From Actinomycetes bacterium (GTDB lineage: Bacteria > Actinomycetota > Acidimicrobiia > Acidimicrobiales > JAJZXF01), in assembly GCA_021791755.1 (NCBI GenBank), contig JAJYWA010000003.1:6719-70718 (forward strand): DNA of 64,000 nt. Direction: 5' to 3'. The notes beneath the pieces were generated by a model. It did not search any database. It had not been told where the DNA came from and saw nothing but the letters and a program-made list of their open reading frames with translations. A program made the position numbers and the translations under genes. This document shows positions 1 through 8,810 of the stretch, piece after piece; positions within the stretch are counted from its first letter, which is position 1; every line of letters begins with the position of its first letter.

Positions 1-1
1 G

Positions 2-535
2 GACCTCCCTGAAGGCGATCTCAAGCACGCCGTCGAGCTGGTCGAGCTCGCCAAGTCCGTCGGCGATCTCTGCGTCGCCGTAGCAGCGCACCCAGAGGGT
101 CATCCGCTCTCGGCGGACATCGCGGAAGATCGGGTGCACCTCGCAGAGAAGCTGCAGGTAGCCGACTTCGCCATCACGCAGTTCTTCTTTCGTGTGGAGG
201 CCTACCTCGAGCTGGTCGAGTCGCTGGAGAAGCTGGGCGTCTCGAAGCCGGTGCTTCCTGGCATCATGCCGATCACCAACGTGCGCACGGTGTCGCGCAT
301 GGCCGAGCTGTCAGGGACCGAGGTTCCACGGGAGATTGCAGGACGCGTCGAGGCAGTAGCCGACATTCCTGGCGAGGTGTCCCGCATCGGCGTCGAGGTC
401 GCTACGCAGCTTGGCGAGCGGCTGCTTGCCGAAGGAGCTCCCGGCCTTCACTTCTACACCATGAACTCCGCATCGGCGACTCGCGAGGTCTACTCGAACC
501 TTGGATTGGGCCGGCTGCGGCGCGATGGGGCGTGA
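2..535 (+). CDS. metF: 5,10-methylenetetrahydrofolate reductase, C-terminal part (5' end lies outside the window)
   Basis: The frame is open from the window edge. The translation (ITQFFF, LPGIMPI, GAPGLHFYTMN) matches the MetF C-terminus. Confidence 0.8.
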   Translation, partial: DLPEGDLKHAVELVELAKSVGDLCVAVAAHPEGHPLSADIAEDRVHLAEKLQVADFAITQFFFRVEAYLELVESLEKLGVSKPVLPGIMPITNVRTVSRMAELSGTEVPREIAGRVEAVADIPGEVSRIGVEVATQLGERLLAEGAPGLHFYTMNSASATREVYSNLGLGRLRRDGA

Positions 536-565
536 GCGTCGGGGCGGCGTCCGCCCGACGCAGCA

Positions 566-1393
566 TCAGCCGGTAGGGGCGCGCCGGCGGCCGCGCTTTG
601 CGATGATGAGCCCGTACGAGGTGGTCACGTACTCCTGTACCCTTGTTCGCAGGTGCACGTTCGAGAAGGGTGGCACGTCGACGTGCTGGTCGTCGGTCGT
701 CTCGCCTGGTTTGAAGTCCAGGTCGATCTTGTGGCCGCGCAACCGGAGACGCAGAGCGAGCCTTCTCAGATCTCGCTGGCGGTAGAGGACTGTTCCAGGT
801 TCGTCAACGGTCTCGTCATTGGAGCTGACGTTCAGCTCCGTTGTATGGACGGATACGCCTCCAGGCGCAAGGCAGCGCATCTGGCGCTCGACGAACTGCA
901 GGCCTGACTCGATCGATCCCAGATGCTCGAATGCACACGACGACCATGTGAAGTCGAACCCGCTGAGGTAACGCGGGATATCGTTCATGTCGACAGTCCT
1001 GAGAGAGACGCGCTCTTTGAAGCCGGCAGGATCGCAGAGGCCATACTTGTTCAGGGAGTCGAGGTCGGCGGCGAACTGGCCATCCGACGTCCAGCCGATC
1101 TCGCGTGCTCTGTCCTCTGCCATGTCTGTGGCGAGAACAGTGCAACCAAAGCTCGCGAACACTGCGGCGAGCGGCTCCTGGCCTACGCCGAACCCCAGGC
1201 CGGATCTTCCGGGCTGGAGCATCCCGCGCTCGAAGAGCGCTTGGATGATGAACAGCCACTCCCACATCTTTCGGTGAACCAGCACCGGTACGCCGGTATG
1301 GTCGAAGTCCCACGATGGCCGGATGCGCTCTGCCCAGCGGACGAAGTCATCAGAGGTCAGCACGTCGCGTTTGCACATCTGTGAAGTGAGCAT
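566..1393 (-). CDS. class I SAM-dependent methyltransferase
   Basis: Shows a GLGFGVGQEPL glycine-rich motif-I-like block and a CAFEHL block. The start is placed at the internal ATG (MLTSQM); the longest ORF reaches 1492. Confidence 0.55.
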   Translation of the reverse strand: MLTSQMCKRDVLTSDDFVRWAERIRPSWDFDHTGVPVLVHRKMWEWLFIIQALFERGMLQPGRSGLGFGVGQEPLAAVFASFGCTVLATDMAEDRAREIGWTSDGQFAADLDSLNKYGLCDPAGFKERVSLRTVDMNDIPRYLSGFDFTWSSCAFEHLGSIESGLQFVERQMRCLAPGGVSVHTTELNVSSNDETVDEPGTVLYRQRDLRRLALRLRLRGHKIDLDFKPGETTDDQHVDVPPFSNVHLRTRVQEYVTTSYGLIIAKRGRRRAPTG

Positions 1394-1566
1394 TTCATGC
1401 ACCTGTCGTCGATTGGAGCACACGGGAGCTGTGCCAGATGGCCTGCTCGCAGATGGCCTGCTCGGCTGGTCGTCCAGCGGCGCTGTCCTCACGATAGCCG
1501 CGTGCGAGGCGCTACCGGTACGGCCTAGATATGTCCTTTCTCCGGGTCCACCTGTAGGCTCGGTCC

Positions 1567-2763
1567 ATGCCTCAGAGGATCACTATGAGAGCGGACGGGA
1601 CGCTCGCGACGCCTGACGATCCGATCATCCCGTTCATAGAGGGCGACGGCACCGGGGTCGACATCTGGCCCGCATCGAAGATGGTGTTCGACGCAGCAGC
1701 CGCGAAGCATGGTCGCAAGATCACCTGGCTCGAGGTTCTTGCGGGCGAGAAGGCGTATCGCGAGACAGGCGAGTGGCTGCCGGAGGAGACGGTCCAGGCT
1801 TTCCGGGACCACCTTGTCGGGATCAAAGGTCCTCTCACCACTCCGGTGGGTGGTGGAATACGTTCCTTGAATGTCGCGCTGCGCCAGGTTCTTGACTTAT
1901 ATGTCTGCCTTCGACCCGTCAGGTGGTTCAGCGGCGTTCCATCCCCGGTGCGTCACCCTGAGAAGGTCGACATGGTCATCTTCAGAGAGAACACCGAGGA
2001 CGTCTACGCAGGTTTCGAGGTCGCGGAGGGCACACCAGAGGCGAGGCGGCTCATCCAGCACCTTCACGACGAGCTCGGGTGGAACATCCGCGCAGACTCG
2101 GGCATCGGCGTGAAGCCGGTGTCGGAGACTGGATCGAAGCGCCTGATCCGGGCCGCAATTCGCTACGCCGTCGATCGCGGACGAAAGAGCGTGACGCTCG
2201 TTCACAAGGGGAACATACAGAAGTTCACCGAGGGAGCGTTTCGAGCGTGGGGCTACGAGCTGGTGCGCGACGAATTCAGCGACGTCGCAGTCGGTTGGGA
2301 CGACTGTGACGGCAATCCGGGAGACCGGCTTCTCGTGAAGGATGCTATAGCGGACATCACGCTGCAGCAGGTGCTCACCAGGCCCGAGGAGTTCGACGTG
2401 ATCGCCACTTTGAACTTGAACGGCGACTACCTGTCGGATGCCCTTGCGGCGCAGGTGGGCGGTATCGGCATAGCTCCGGGAGCAAACATCAACTACATGA
2501 CCGGCTGCGGGGTCTTCGAGGCGACCAACGGAACTGCGCCGAAGTACGCCGGACAGGACAAGGTGAACCCGGGTTCCGTCATCCTCTCGGGTGCGCTGAT
2601 GTTCGAGCATATTGGCTGGATGGACGTAGCTGGATCCATAGTTCGTGCACTCGAGGCGACCATCGCCGACAAGGTGGTCACCTATGATTTCGCCCGCCTC
2701 ACCGAAGGCGCGCACGAGGTCCGGTGCTCCGAGCTCGCCGAAGCGATCGTGGAGCGCCTGTAG
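1567..2763 (+). CDS. icd: NADP-dependent isocitrate dehydrogenase (homodimeric prokaryotic type)
   Basis: 398 aa. Contains [29 protein letters not shown] and [11 protein letters not shown] blocks. Confidence 0.93.
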   Translation: MPQRITMRADGTLATPDDPIIPFIEGDGTGVDIWPASKMVFDAAAAKHGRKITWLEVLAGEKAYRETGEWLPEETVQAFRDHLVGIKGPLTTPVGGGIRSLNVALRQVLDLYVCLRPVRWFSGVPSPVRHPEKVDMVIFRENTEDVYAGFEVAEGTPEARRLIQHLHDELGWNIRADSGIGVKPVSETGSKRLIRAAIRYAVDRGRKSVTLVHKGNIQKFTEGAFRAWGYELVRDEFSDVAVGWDDCDGNPGDRLLVKDAIADITLQQVLTRPEEFDVIATLNLNGDYLSDALAAQVGGIGIAPGANINYMTGCGVFEATNGTAPKYAGQDKVNPGSVILSGALMFEHIGWMDVAGSIVRALEATIADKVVTYDFARLTEGAHEVRCSELAEAIVERL

Positions 2764-2860
2764 AGGGGTGGGGCTGGCGGGGGAGCTGAGGCCAGCGAGC
2801 GGCAATCTCTCGACCATCTCGCTTTGCCCGTGACCATGTAGGGTGAGGTAGCGTCCGAGT

Positions 2861-3865
2861 ATGAGCGACGAATCCGACCAATACGATAAACCAGTACACG
2901 TCACCGTCACGGGCGCGGCCGGCCAGATTGGCTACGCGCTGCTATTCAGGATTGCATCAGGCCAGTTGCTCGGTCCTCGCCAGCGAGTGGTCCTGCGGCT
3001 GCTGGAGATAGAGCCCGCACTGCGAGCATTGGATGGCGTCGTCATGGAGCTTGATGACTGCGCGTTCCCGCTGCTCGCGGATGTCGTGTCGACCTCGGAC
3101 CTGAAGACCGCCTTTGACGGCGCCTCGTGGGCGCTTCTCGTGGGCTCGGTTCCTCGCAAGGCCGGTATGGAGAGGAACGACCTGCTCAGTGTGAACGGCG
3201 GGATCTTCGGCCCCCAGGGAGAGGCCATTGCGGCTAACGCTGCGAGCGACGTGAGGGTTCTGGTGGTTGGGAACCCGTGCAACACTAATTGCCTCATTGC
3301 GCGGACACACGCGCCCGAGGTGCCCGATGATCGGTGGTTCTCGATGATGCGCTTGGACGAGAACAGGACTCGCTCTCTTCTCGCGCGCAAGGCGGGAGCC
3401 CAGGTGGACCAGGTTACGAACGTCGCGATCTGGGGCAATCACTCGTCTACGCAGTTCCCGGACTTTGCTCACGCGAAGATCTCAGGAACGCCTGTGCCGA
3501 GCGTGATCGAGGATCGTGCGTGGCTCGAAGGCGATCTGATCACGACCGTCCAGAAGCGCGGCGCGGCGATCATCGAGGCGAGAGGCGCTTCCTCTGCGGC
3601 CTCGGCTGCAAATGCGGTGATCGACTCGGTCCGCAGCATCATAGAGCCTGTGGCTCCTGGAGATTGGGCGTCCCTTGCAGTACCTAGCAGGGGTGAGTAC
3701 GGCGTGCCGGCCGGGCTGCAATTCGGCTTTCCGGTGCGCTCCGTTGGAAGCGCGTGGGAAGTCGTCGAGGGCTTGACGCATGACGACTTCGCCAAGGCTC
3801 GGATCAGCGCTACAGTAGCCGAGCTGGAAGAAGAGAGGGACGCGGTGCGCCACCTCTTGAGCTGA
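2861..3865 (+). CDS. mdh: malate dehydrogenase
   Basis: 334 aa. Has the [14 protein letters not shown] Rossmann motif, GNPCNTN and IWGNHSSTQ. Confidence 0.93.
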   Translation: MSDESDQYDKPVHVTVTGAAGQIGYALLFRIASGQLLGPRQRVVLRLLEIEPALRALDGVVMELDDCAFPLLADVVSTSDLKTAFDGASWALLVGSVPRKAGMERNDLLSVNGGIFGPQGEAIAANAASDVRVLVVGNPCNTNCLIARTHAPEVPDDRWFSMMRLDENRTRSLLARKAGAQVDQVTNVAIWGNHSSTQFPDFAHAKISGTPVPSVIEDRAWLEGDLITTVQKRGAAIIEARGASSAASAANAVIDSVRSIIEPVAPGDWASLAVPSRGEYGVPAGLQFGFPVRSVGSAWEVVEGLTHDDFAKARISATVAELEEERDAVRHLLS

Positions 3866-3955
3866 GGGTGGACAGCGCTGGCGGCTCCCTCCTGTGTACC
3901 GGTGACGAGTGGTCGGTGGGCCAGTGGCCGGTGGATCACTGCCGGTGGCTGGTGT

Positions 3956-6151
3956 TCAGCGGGTCGCGGCGACGATTGCCATGAGCGCCATGAGCGTAAC
4001 GAGCATGTAGGCCATGTACCATGCCAGCTTGCCCGATTGCAGCCGTCTTGCGTGGCGAGCTGCCTGGAGCCACGTAGCGCGAAGCGGTTGGTACAGGTAG
4101 GTGGCAACCGGGTCGGAGACGGTGCGGGCGTACTCGGTGCGAGTTGGAGCGCCAGTGCCAGGCGTCGTGGTTGCGTCATTGCCAAGCCCAGTGTCATTGC
4201 CAAGCCCAGTGTCATTGCCAAGCCCAGTGCCATTGCCAAGCCCGGTGTCAGCGCCAAGCACAGCAGTGGTTGCGCTGGCGGTATCGGCAGGGATCCTGCG
4301 TACCTCTGTCCGGCTCTGCAGCAGGCTCGCCAAGACGTGCCGGAGTGGGTTGACGTAGGCGAAGGAGGTGTAGCTCGCGGTTCTCGCGGGCTCGCTCGAA
4401 GCCGACGTCCACGGCGGCACCCTCCGTACCCGGAGAAAAGATCCTCGTGAGACGAGAACGGTGAAGACGAACGTAGCCGTGAAGAACGAGCAGAGGATGA
4501 TCCACAGCCACGTCGGAGAGAGAATGGAGAAGTTCGCAAAGACCGGCTGGAGCACCATCGGAGAGCGCAGCGCACCGCGCACGAGGCTGGCGCTCACCAC
4601 AGTGCTGAGGCCGCGGGCGATAAAGCGCACGAGCAGTGGAGCCAGGACCGCGGCTGCGATGCATGACGTTGCCAGCGCGCCAACGCCGAGCCTGCCGACG
4701 ATGCCCTCCACCGTGGGGCTCTCCCCCGTGAGGCCCTGGGCTCCTGCGTAGCGATCTAGTCTCTCCTCCCGGGATCGGCCTCCAGGTGGTCCGCCGAGCA
4801 CGCTGAAGCCGATGAGCCTGGCGAAGCAGAGGGCGGCGAGTCCTGCCGTGAGGGCTGCCATCGCACCTGCTCCGGCAAGCGCGAGGCGCATCGCGAGGTC
4901 ATGCACGCGGAACTGCTGCATCAGGGCTTCGAGCACGAACCACTCGGAGACGAACCCGATGCTCGGCGGGAGGCCGGCTAGTGTCAGCGCCGATGCGGCA
5001 AAGGTAGTCGCACTCCAGGGAATACGCTTCACGAGGCCCGAGATTCCGTCGAGCCGTGTGGTGTGACCGACTGCTTCCGCGTTGCCGGCTGCTATGAAGA
5101 TCCCTGCCTTGGCGAGTGCGTGCGACACGGCTTGCAGTGTCGCTGCAAGAAGCCCGAGGGCTGCGAGCGGTTTGTTGCCGGTTGCTGCGCCGGTGAGCGC
5201 CACGCCATACGAGGTGAATATGATCCCGGCGTTCTCGATGCTCGAGTAGGCGATCGTGCGCAGCAAGTCCGACTGTACAGCGGCGAACGCGATGCCGCCG
5301 AGAGCCGTGGCGCCTCCCGTGAGGAGCACTCCGGCTGCCAGCCACAGTGGCGGGTGCCCGAGGACTCCGAGGGTCCTCCATAGGCCGTAGATGCCGACGT
5401 TCATGCCCACGGCCGCGAGCGCTGCTCGCGCTGGTCCGGGCGCAGACGGATAGGACGCCGGCATCCAGACCGAGAATGGAACGATGCCGATCTTCGCAGC
5501 GAAGCCGACGACGATGAGGATCCACGCCACATCGCGTGCTGGACCCGGCGCTACTGCATGCCATGATGCGATCGCAAAGCTGCCGGAACGTGACGAAAGG
5601 AGCAGGAAGCCGAGTAGGAGCGATGCTCCAGATACCTTGGCTGTCGACAGGGCAAGCCAACCTCGCTCGACGTGGTCTTCGGACGTCCTCTTGTGGACGA
5701 TGAGGACGTAGAACGACACGGAGAGCAGCTCCCACGCGAACAGGAAGGAGAAGGCGTCGCCTGCAAGCACCACGGCGGCCGCCGACGCGGCCAGCAGCGC
5801 GTACCCGGCGCCCAGCCCGCGACCGCTGGCGCCGGCGTTGGAACGTGACCAGGAGACGAAGCACATTGAGACGCAGAGAGCCACCGCCGAGGTGATCACC
5901 AGGAACATCGCAGAAAGGCCGTCGAGCACTAGGAAGGTATGCCCGATGCCGAACAGGCGCCCCAGTGAGAGCCTCTTTGCGCCATGCGCGGCCATGACCA
6001 TTGCGCCCGATGCCAGGAGGCAGCAGTTCGCCAGCGCGGTCAGTATGTACGGTGCGGATCGAGTCCAGCGTGAACGTGGGCCGAGGACCAGGTCTATGGC
6101 CATTGCGGCGCCGAGGCAGGAGAATGCCGCGACGAGCAGCTCTGCGGTCAC
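3956..6151 (-). CDS. NuoL/HyfB-like proton-conducting antiporter-type membrane subunit
   Basis: 731 aa and polytopic, with NuoL/HyfB-like blocks (WELLSVSFY, AKIGIVPFSVWMP, HALAKAGIF). GTG start overlaps the upstream stop as GTGA. The C-terminal region carries a (TGLGND)n insertion. Confidence 0.85.
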   Translation of the reverse strand: MTAELLVAAFSCLGAAMAIDLVLGPRSRWTRSAPYILTALANCCLLASGAMVMAAHGAKRLSLGRLFGIGHTFLVLDGLSAMFLVITSAVALCVSMCFVSWSRSNAGASGRGLGAGYALLAASAAAVVLAGDAFSFLFAWELLSVSFYVLIVHKRTSEDHVERGWLALSTAKVSGASLLLGFLLLSSRSGSFAIASWHAVAPGPARDVAWILIVVGFAAKIGIVPFSVWMPASYPSAPGPARAALAAVGMNVGIYGLWRTLGVLGHPPLWLAAGVLLTGGATALGGIAFAAVQSDLLRTIAYSSIENAGIIFTSYGVALTGAATGNKPLAALGLLAATLQAVSHALAKAGIFIAAGNAEAVGHTTRLDGISGLVKRIPWSATTFAASALTLAGLPPSIGFVSEWFVLEALMQQFRVHDLAMRLALAGAGAMAALTAGLAALCFARLIGFSVLGGPPGGRSREERLDRYAGAQGLTGESPTVEGIVGRLGVGALATSCIAAAVLAPLLVRFIARGLSTVVSASLVRGALRSPMVLQPVFANFSILSPTWLWIILCSFFTATFVFTVLVSRGSFLRVRRVPPWTSASSEPARTASYTSFAYVNPLRHVLASLLQSRTEVRRIPADTASATTAVLGADTGLGNGTGLGNDTGLGNDTGLGNDATTTPGTGAPTRTEYARTVSDPVATYLYQPLRATWLQAARHARRLQSGKLAWYMAYMLVTLMALMAIVAATR
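4175..4264. repeat. 18-bp in-frame tandem repeat x5 (the last two units diverged) in the HyfB-like gene
   Basis: GTCATTGCCAAGCCCAGT occurs at 4175, 4193 and 4211, with variants at 4229 and 4247. It encodes (TGLGND)n. Confidence 0.9.
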
Positions 6152-7275
6152 CCTAGAGCACCGCCGTTGTCGTTCCCACCGCCGTTGTCGTCCCCACCGC
6201 TGTTGTCGTTCTCGTCGTGGTGCGCGTGCTGCCGGCCGGCCTGGCGCCGAGGTCCTTCTTGTTCCGCTCTTGCGGGCTCATGAAGCTGGCCGGCCGAACG
6301 CTCGCCGAGGATGCCGACTGCGAGCAGTATCCCGTGGAGGAGGCTGAACGGGCTCGGAGGCGAGCCAGGCACCCAGACATCGACATCGAACAGGTCGGAC
6401 ACGCCTCCTCCAACACCGGAGCCTTCCCCACCAGCGCCAGCGCCAGCACGGCCACCAGCGCCAGCGCCTGACGACCTTCCGGCCGGTGAGCCGAGCATCC
6501 CGGCCAGCGTGCTTCGGGGACTTCCGGCCGAAGGATCGCCGGGGTTGGCGACGGCCGAGATCATGCCTCCGCTGATTGCGTCGACGCCAGCGGCCATGAC
6601 CACTCTTGGATGCGGCATGGCTTCGAGCGTGCGTGCGAGCGGTTCGCGCATCTGATCGACACACGCGCCGGTAATGAGGAGGAGGTCGGCATGCCGCGGG
6701 CTGGCGGTGAAGAAGATGCCCAAACGAGCGACGTCGTAGATGGGGTTCGTGAGGGCCGCTACCTCCCACTCGTCGCTGCCGTCGGAGCCGGAGTCGACGT
6801 GTCGTACGTGCACCGACCGGCGTAGCGCCTTGGTCCGCCTTCGCAGCTCAGAGGTGATCAGATGCAGGTTCTGGTCATCCTCGGCGACGTTCCCGACGAC
6901 GTTCCCGACGACGATCCGGCGGCGTTCGAGCGAGGCGATCTCGATGGTGGGGTCGAACCTGAAGAGATCGGGCCGGGCCGCCACGCACCTGCCGCATAGG
7001 ATGCAACGTCCCCTGTCCACGGCAACGACATCGTTGTCGACGTGAATCGCGCCGGTAGGGCATGCCGCGGCGGCGTCTCTTACGGGAGCCGCGGCGCTGG
7101 GACCTTGCCCGGGAAGCGGTTGGGGTGGCCAGCCAGGCCCTTCGGGCGCGAGGCTCTGAGCCCCGATGCTTCGAGGCGCGACGCTGGCTCGCCAGTTGCC
7201 ACCGTAGCCGTCAGGCTTGCGTGGGTAGCGGCTGGTGACGATGCCCTTGCTCAGTCCCTTCAGGATCCACGACAT
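6148..7275 (-). CDS. fusion of a HycF/NuoI-like ferredoxin domain with a HycG/NuoB-like small subunit; Fe-S ligands are mostly lost
   Basis: 375 aa from the internal ATG (MSWILKGLSKGIVTSRYP, the HycF/NuoI N-terminus). The NuoB-like core is LTNPIYDVARLGIFFTASPRHADLLLITG ... VDVWVPGSPPSP. Its ATG overlaps the stop of the upstream gene (TAATG). Confidence 0.8.
   Translation of the reverse strand: MSWILKGLSKGIVTSRYPRKPDGYGGNWRASVAPRSIGAQSLAPEGPGWPPQPLPGQGPSAAAPVRDAAAACPTGAIHVDNDVVAVDRGRCILCGRCVAARPDLFRFDPTIEIASLERRRIVVGNVVGNVAEDDQNLHLITSELRRRTKALRRSVHVRHVDSGSDGSDEWEVAALTNPIYDVARLGIFFTASPRHADLLLITGACVDQMREPLARTLEAMPHPRVVMAAGVDAISGGMISAVANPGDPSAGSPRSTLAGMLGSPAGRSSGAGAGGRAGAGAGGEGSGVGGGVSDLFDVDVWVPGSPPSPFSLLHGILLAVGILGERSAGQLHEPARAEQEGPRRQAGRQHAHHDENDNSGGDDNGGGNDNGGALG
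6159..6212. repeat. 18-bp in-frame tandem repeat x3 at the 3' end of the HycF-HycG-like gene
   Basis: CACCGCCGTTGTCGT(T/C)CC occurs at 6159, 6177 and 6195. It encodes the NDNGGG-type tail. Confidence 0.9.
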
Positions 7276-8810
7276 TACAGGGCGGCTCCTGCGATCGATA
7301 GGCCGAAGCTGGCTTCGATGAAGGCAAAGTCGGTGAGGATGTCCCCCTGGAAGGCTCGAGGCAGCAGGGCGAGGTTGTGGAAGGACGCGGGCCGTGACAA
7401 AGTGCTCTCCAGCCGGCCGCCTCGCACGCTCACGAGGCTCAGGATCTCCCCATGTGGGCCCTCCGACCAGCCAATGTTCTCGCCATCCCTTACATCGATC
7501 GTCGTGACTCGTGAGCTCTGATCGCGCATGCCGGCAGCGTCGCCAGCCGCGACGAGCTCTGAGATCGCCTTGCATGCCATCTTGAACGAGGCATGAAGCT
7601 CCTCCTGGCGGACCTCCAAGCGCGCGAGAGCATCGCCAGCGCTGCGGGTTGCCGGCGCTTGCGGTTCCAGCTCGGCGTAGGCGGCATAAGGGCGGTCGGT
7701 TCTGGTGTCTTCGACGATGCCTGATGCCCGTGCCAGCGGACCGACTGCACCATGGTCGCGTGCTGTCTTCTCGTCGATGAGCCCGGCGCCGCGCAGGCGA
7801 TCGACGAACGACGGGGTTTGAAGCGCTGCTTCGGTGTCGGACATCACTGCCTTCTCGAGGTCGTGGAGCGCAGCGTGAGCGTCGCCAAGTGTGGATGCGG
7901 CGGGAGCGGCCACGCCGCCGGGCGCCACCACTCCGCGCCCGAAACGACTCCCGCAAAGATCAGCTCTCAATCTCTGGGCGTGCTCCTTGCCGATGCCGAA
8001 GCGGGCGTTCGCCACTGCGAGGCCGGCGGCTTCGGTGAGGCGAACGGCAACGTCGAGGTGGTTGGCAATTCGTTCGAGCTCGGCGTGAAGCACCCTCCAG
8101 AGTGCGGCTCTCCGCGGGATGCTGGCGTCGCAGATCCGCTCGACTGCCTGGCAGAAGGCTATGGCGTGCGCCACCGAAGCCACTCCCTCGATCCTTTCGG
8201 CGAGCAGTGCTCCGGTCTCGATGTCTAGCTGGTCGAAGCGCTCCTCGATCCCGCGGTGCTTCGGGTGGGGCCTGACTTCGAGATGGGGGATCTCCTCGCC
8301 CGGGGTCTCGATCATGTACTCGACCGCCTCGAACACCCCGGAGCGCACCGGACCGTATGGCATGGTGAACATTCCTTCGCCAAGGACATGGCTGGTCGTG
8401 GGGCCGGAGCCTTGTGAGATCAAGGGGCGCAGGTGGGGGTGGCCTACCGGGATGATCCCGTACATATCGTGCATCTTTCGTTCGTACCAGTCGGCAGCAG
8501 GCGCCAAGCGTGTCAGTGAGGGGACGGAGAGCACTTGGCCACCCGCGGCAGACCTGTCGGATGACACCGAGGATGGGACGTAGGACGAGAGGACATGGAT
8601 GCTGCTCGGGCGACCTCGGCCGCACAAGATCGCGTAGATCTTTCCTGCGCGTGAGCCGTCCGGTCCAGGCGAGCGACCCGGGCCGAGGAGGCCGGCGAAG
8701 CGCATTCCCTCGCGTGCTCGAGAGGCAACTCTCTGGGCCAGATCCCAGGCGGGCGCCTCTGAGACGGTGATCGCCGGCTCGGGGACGCCAGTCGTCTGAT
8801 CCGCGTTCAT
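7275..8810 (-). CDS. HycE/NuoC-NuoD-like large subunit without [NiFe] cysteine ligands
   Basis: 511 aa. NuoC-like block WYERKMHDMYGI. NuoD/HycE-like blocks PYGPVRSGVFE, PHPKHRGIE and LCGSRFGRGVVAPGGV. There is no CxxC motif anywhere in the protein. Confidence 0.85.
   Translation of the reverse strand: MNADQTTGVPEPAITVSEAPAWDLAQRVASRAREGMRFAGLLGPGRSPGPDGSRAGKIYAILCGRGRPSSIHVLSSYVPSSVSSDRSAAGGQVLSVPSLTRLAPAADWYERKMHDMYGIIPVGHPHLRPLISQGSGPTTSHVLGEGMFTMPYGPVRSGVFEAVEYMIETPGEEIPHLEVRPHPKHRGIEERFDQLDIETGALLAERIEGVASVAHAIAFCQAVERICDASIPRRAALWRVLHAELERIANHLDVAVRLTEAAGLAVANARFGIGKEHAQRLRADLCGSRFGRGVVAPGGVAAPAASTLGDAHAALHDLEKAVMSDTEAALQTPSFVDRLRGAGLIDEKTARDHGAVGPLARASGIVEDTRTDRPYAAYAELEPQAPATRSAGDALARLEVRQEELHASFKMACKAISELVAAGDAAGMRDQSSRVTTIDVRDGENIGWSEGPHGEILSLVSVRGGRLESTLSRPASFHNLALLPRAFQGDILTDFAFIEASFGLSIAGAAL

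Noticed and set aside
7276-7956. N-terminal 227 codons of the 602-aa ORF 6148-7956
   Set aside because: It lies out of frame inside the large-subunit gene and is Arg/Pro-rich nonsense. The HycF-type N-terminus MSWILKGL starts at 7275 in a TAATG overlap.
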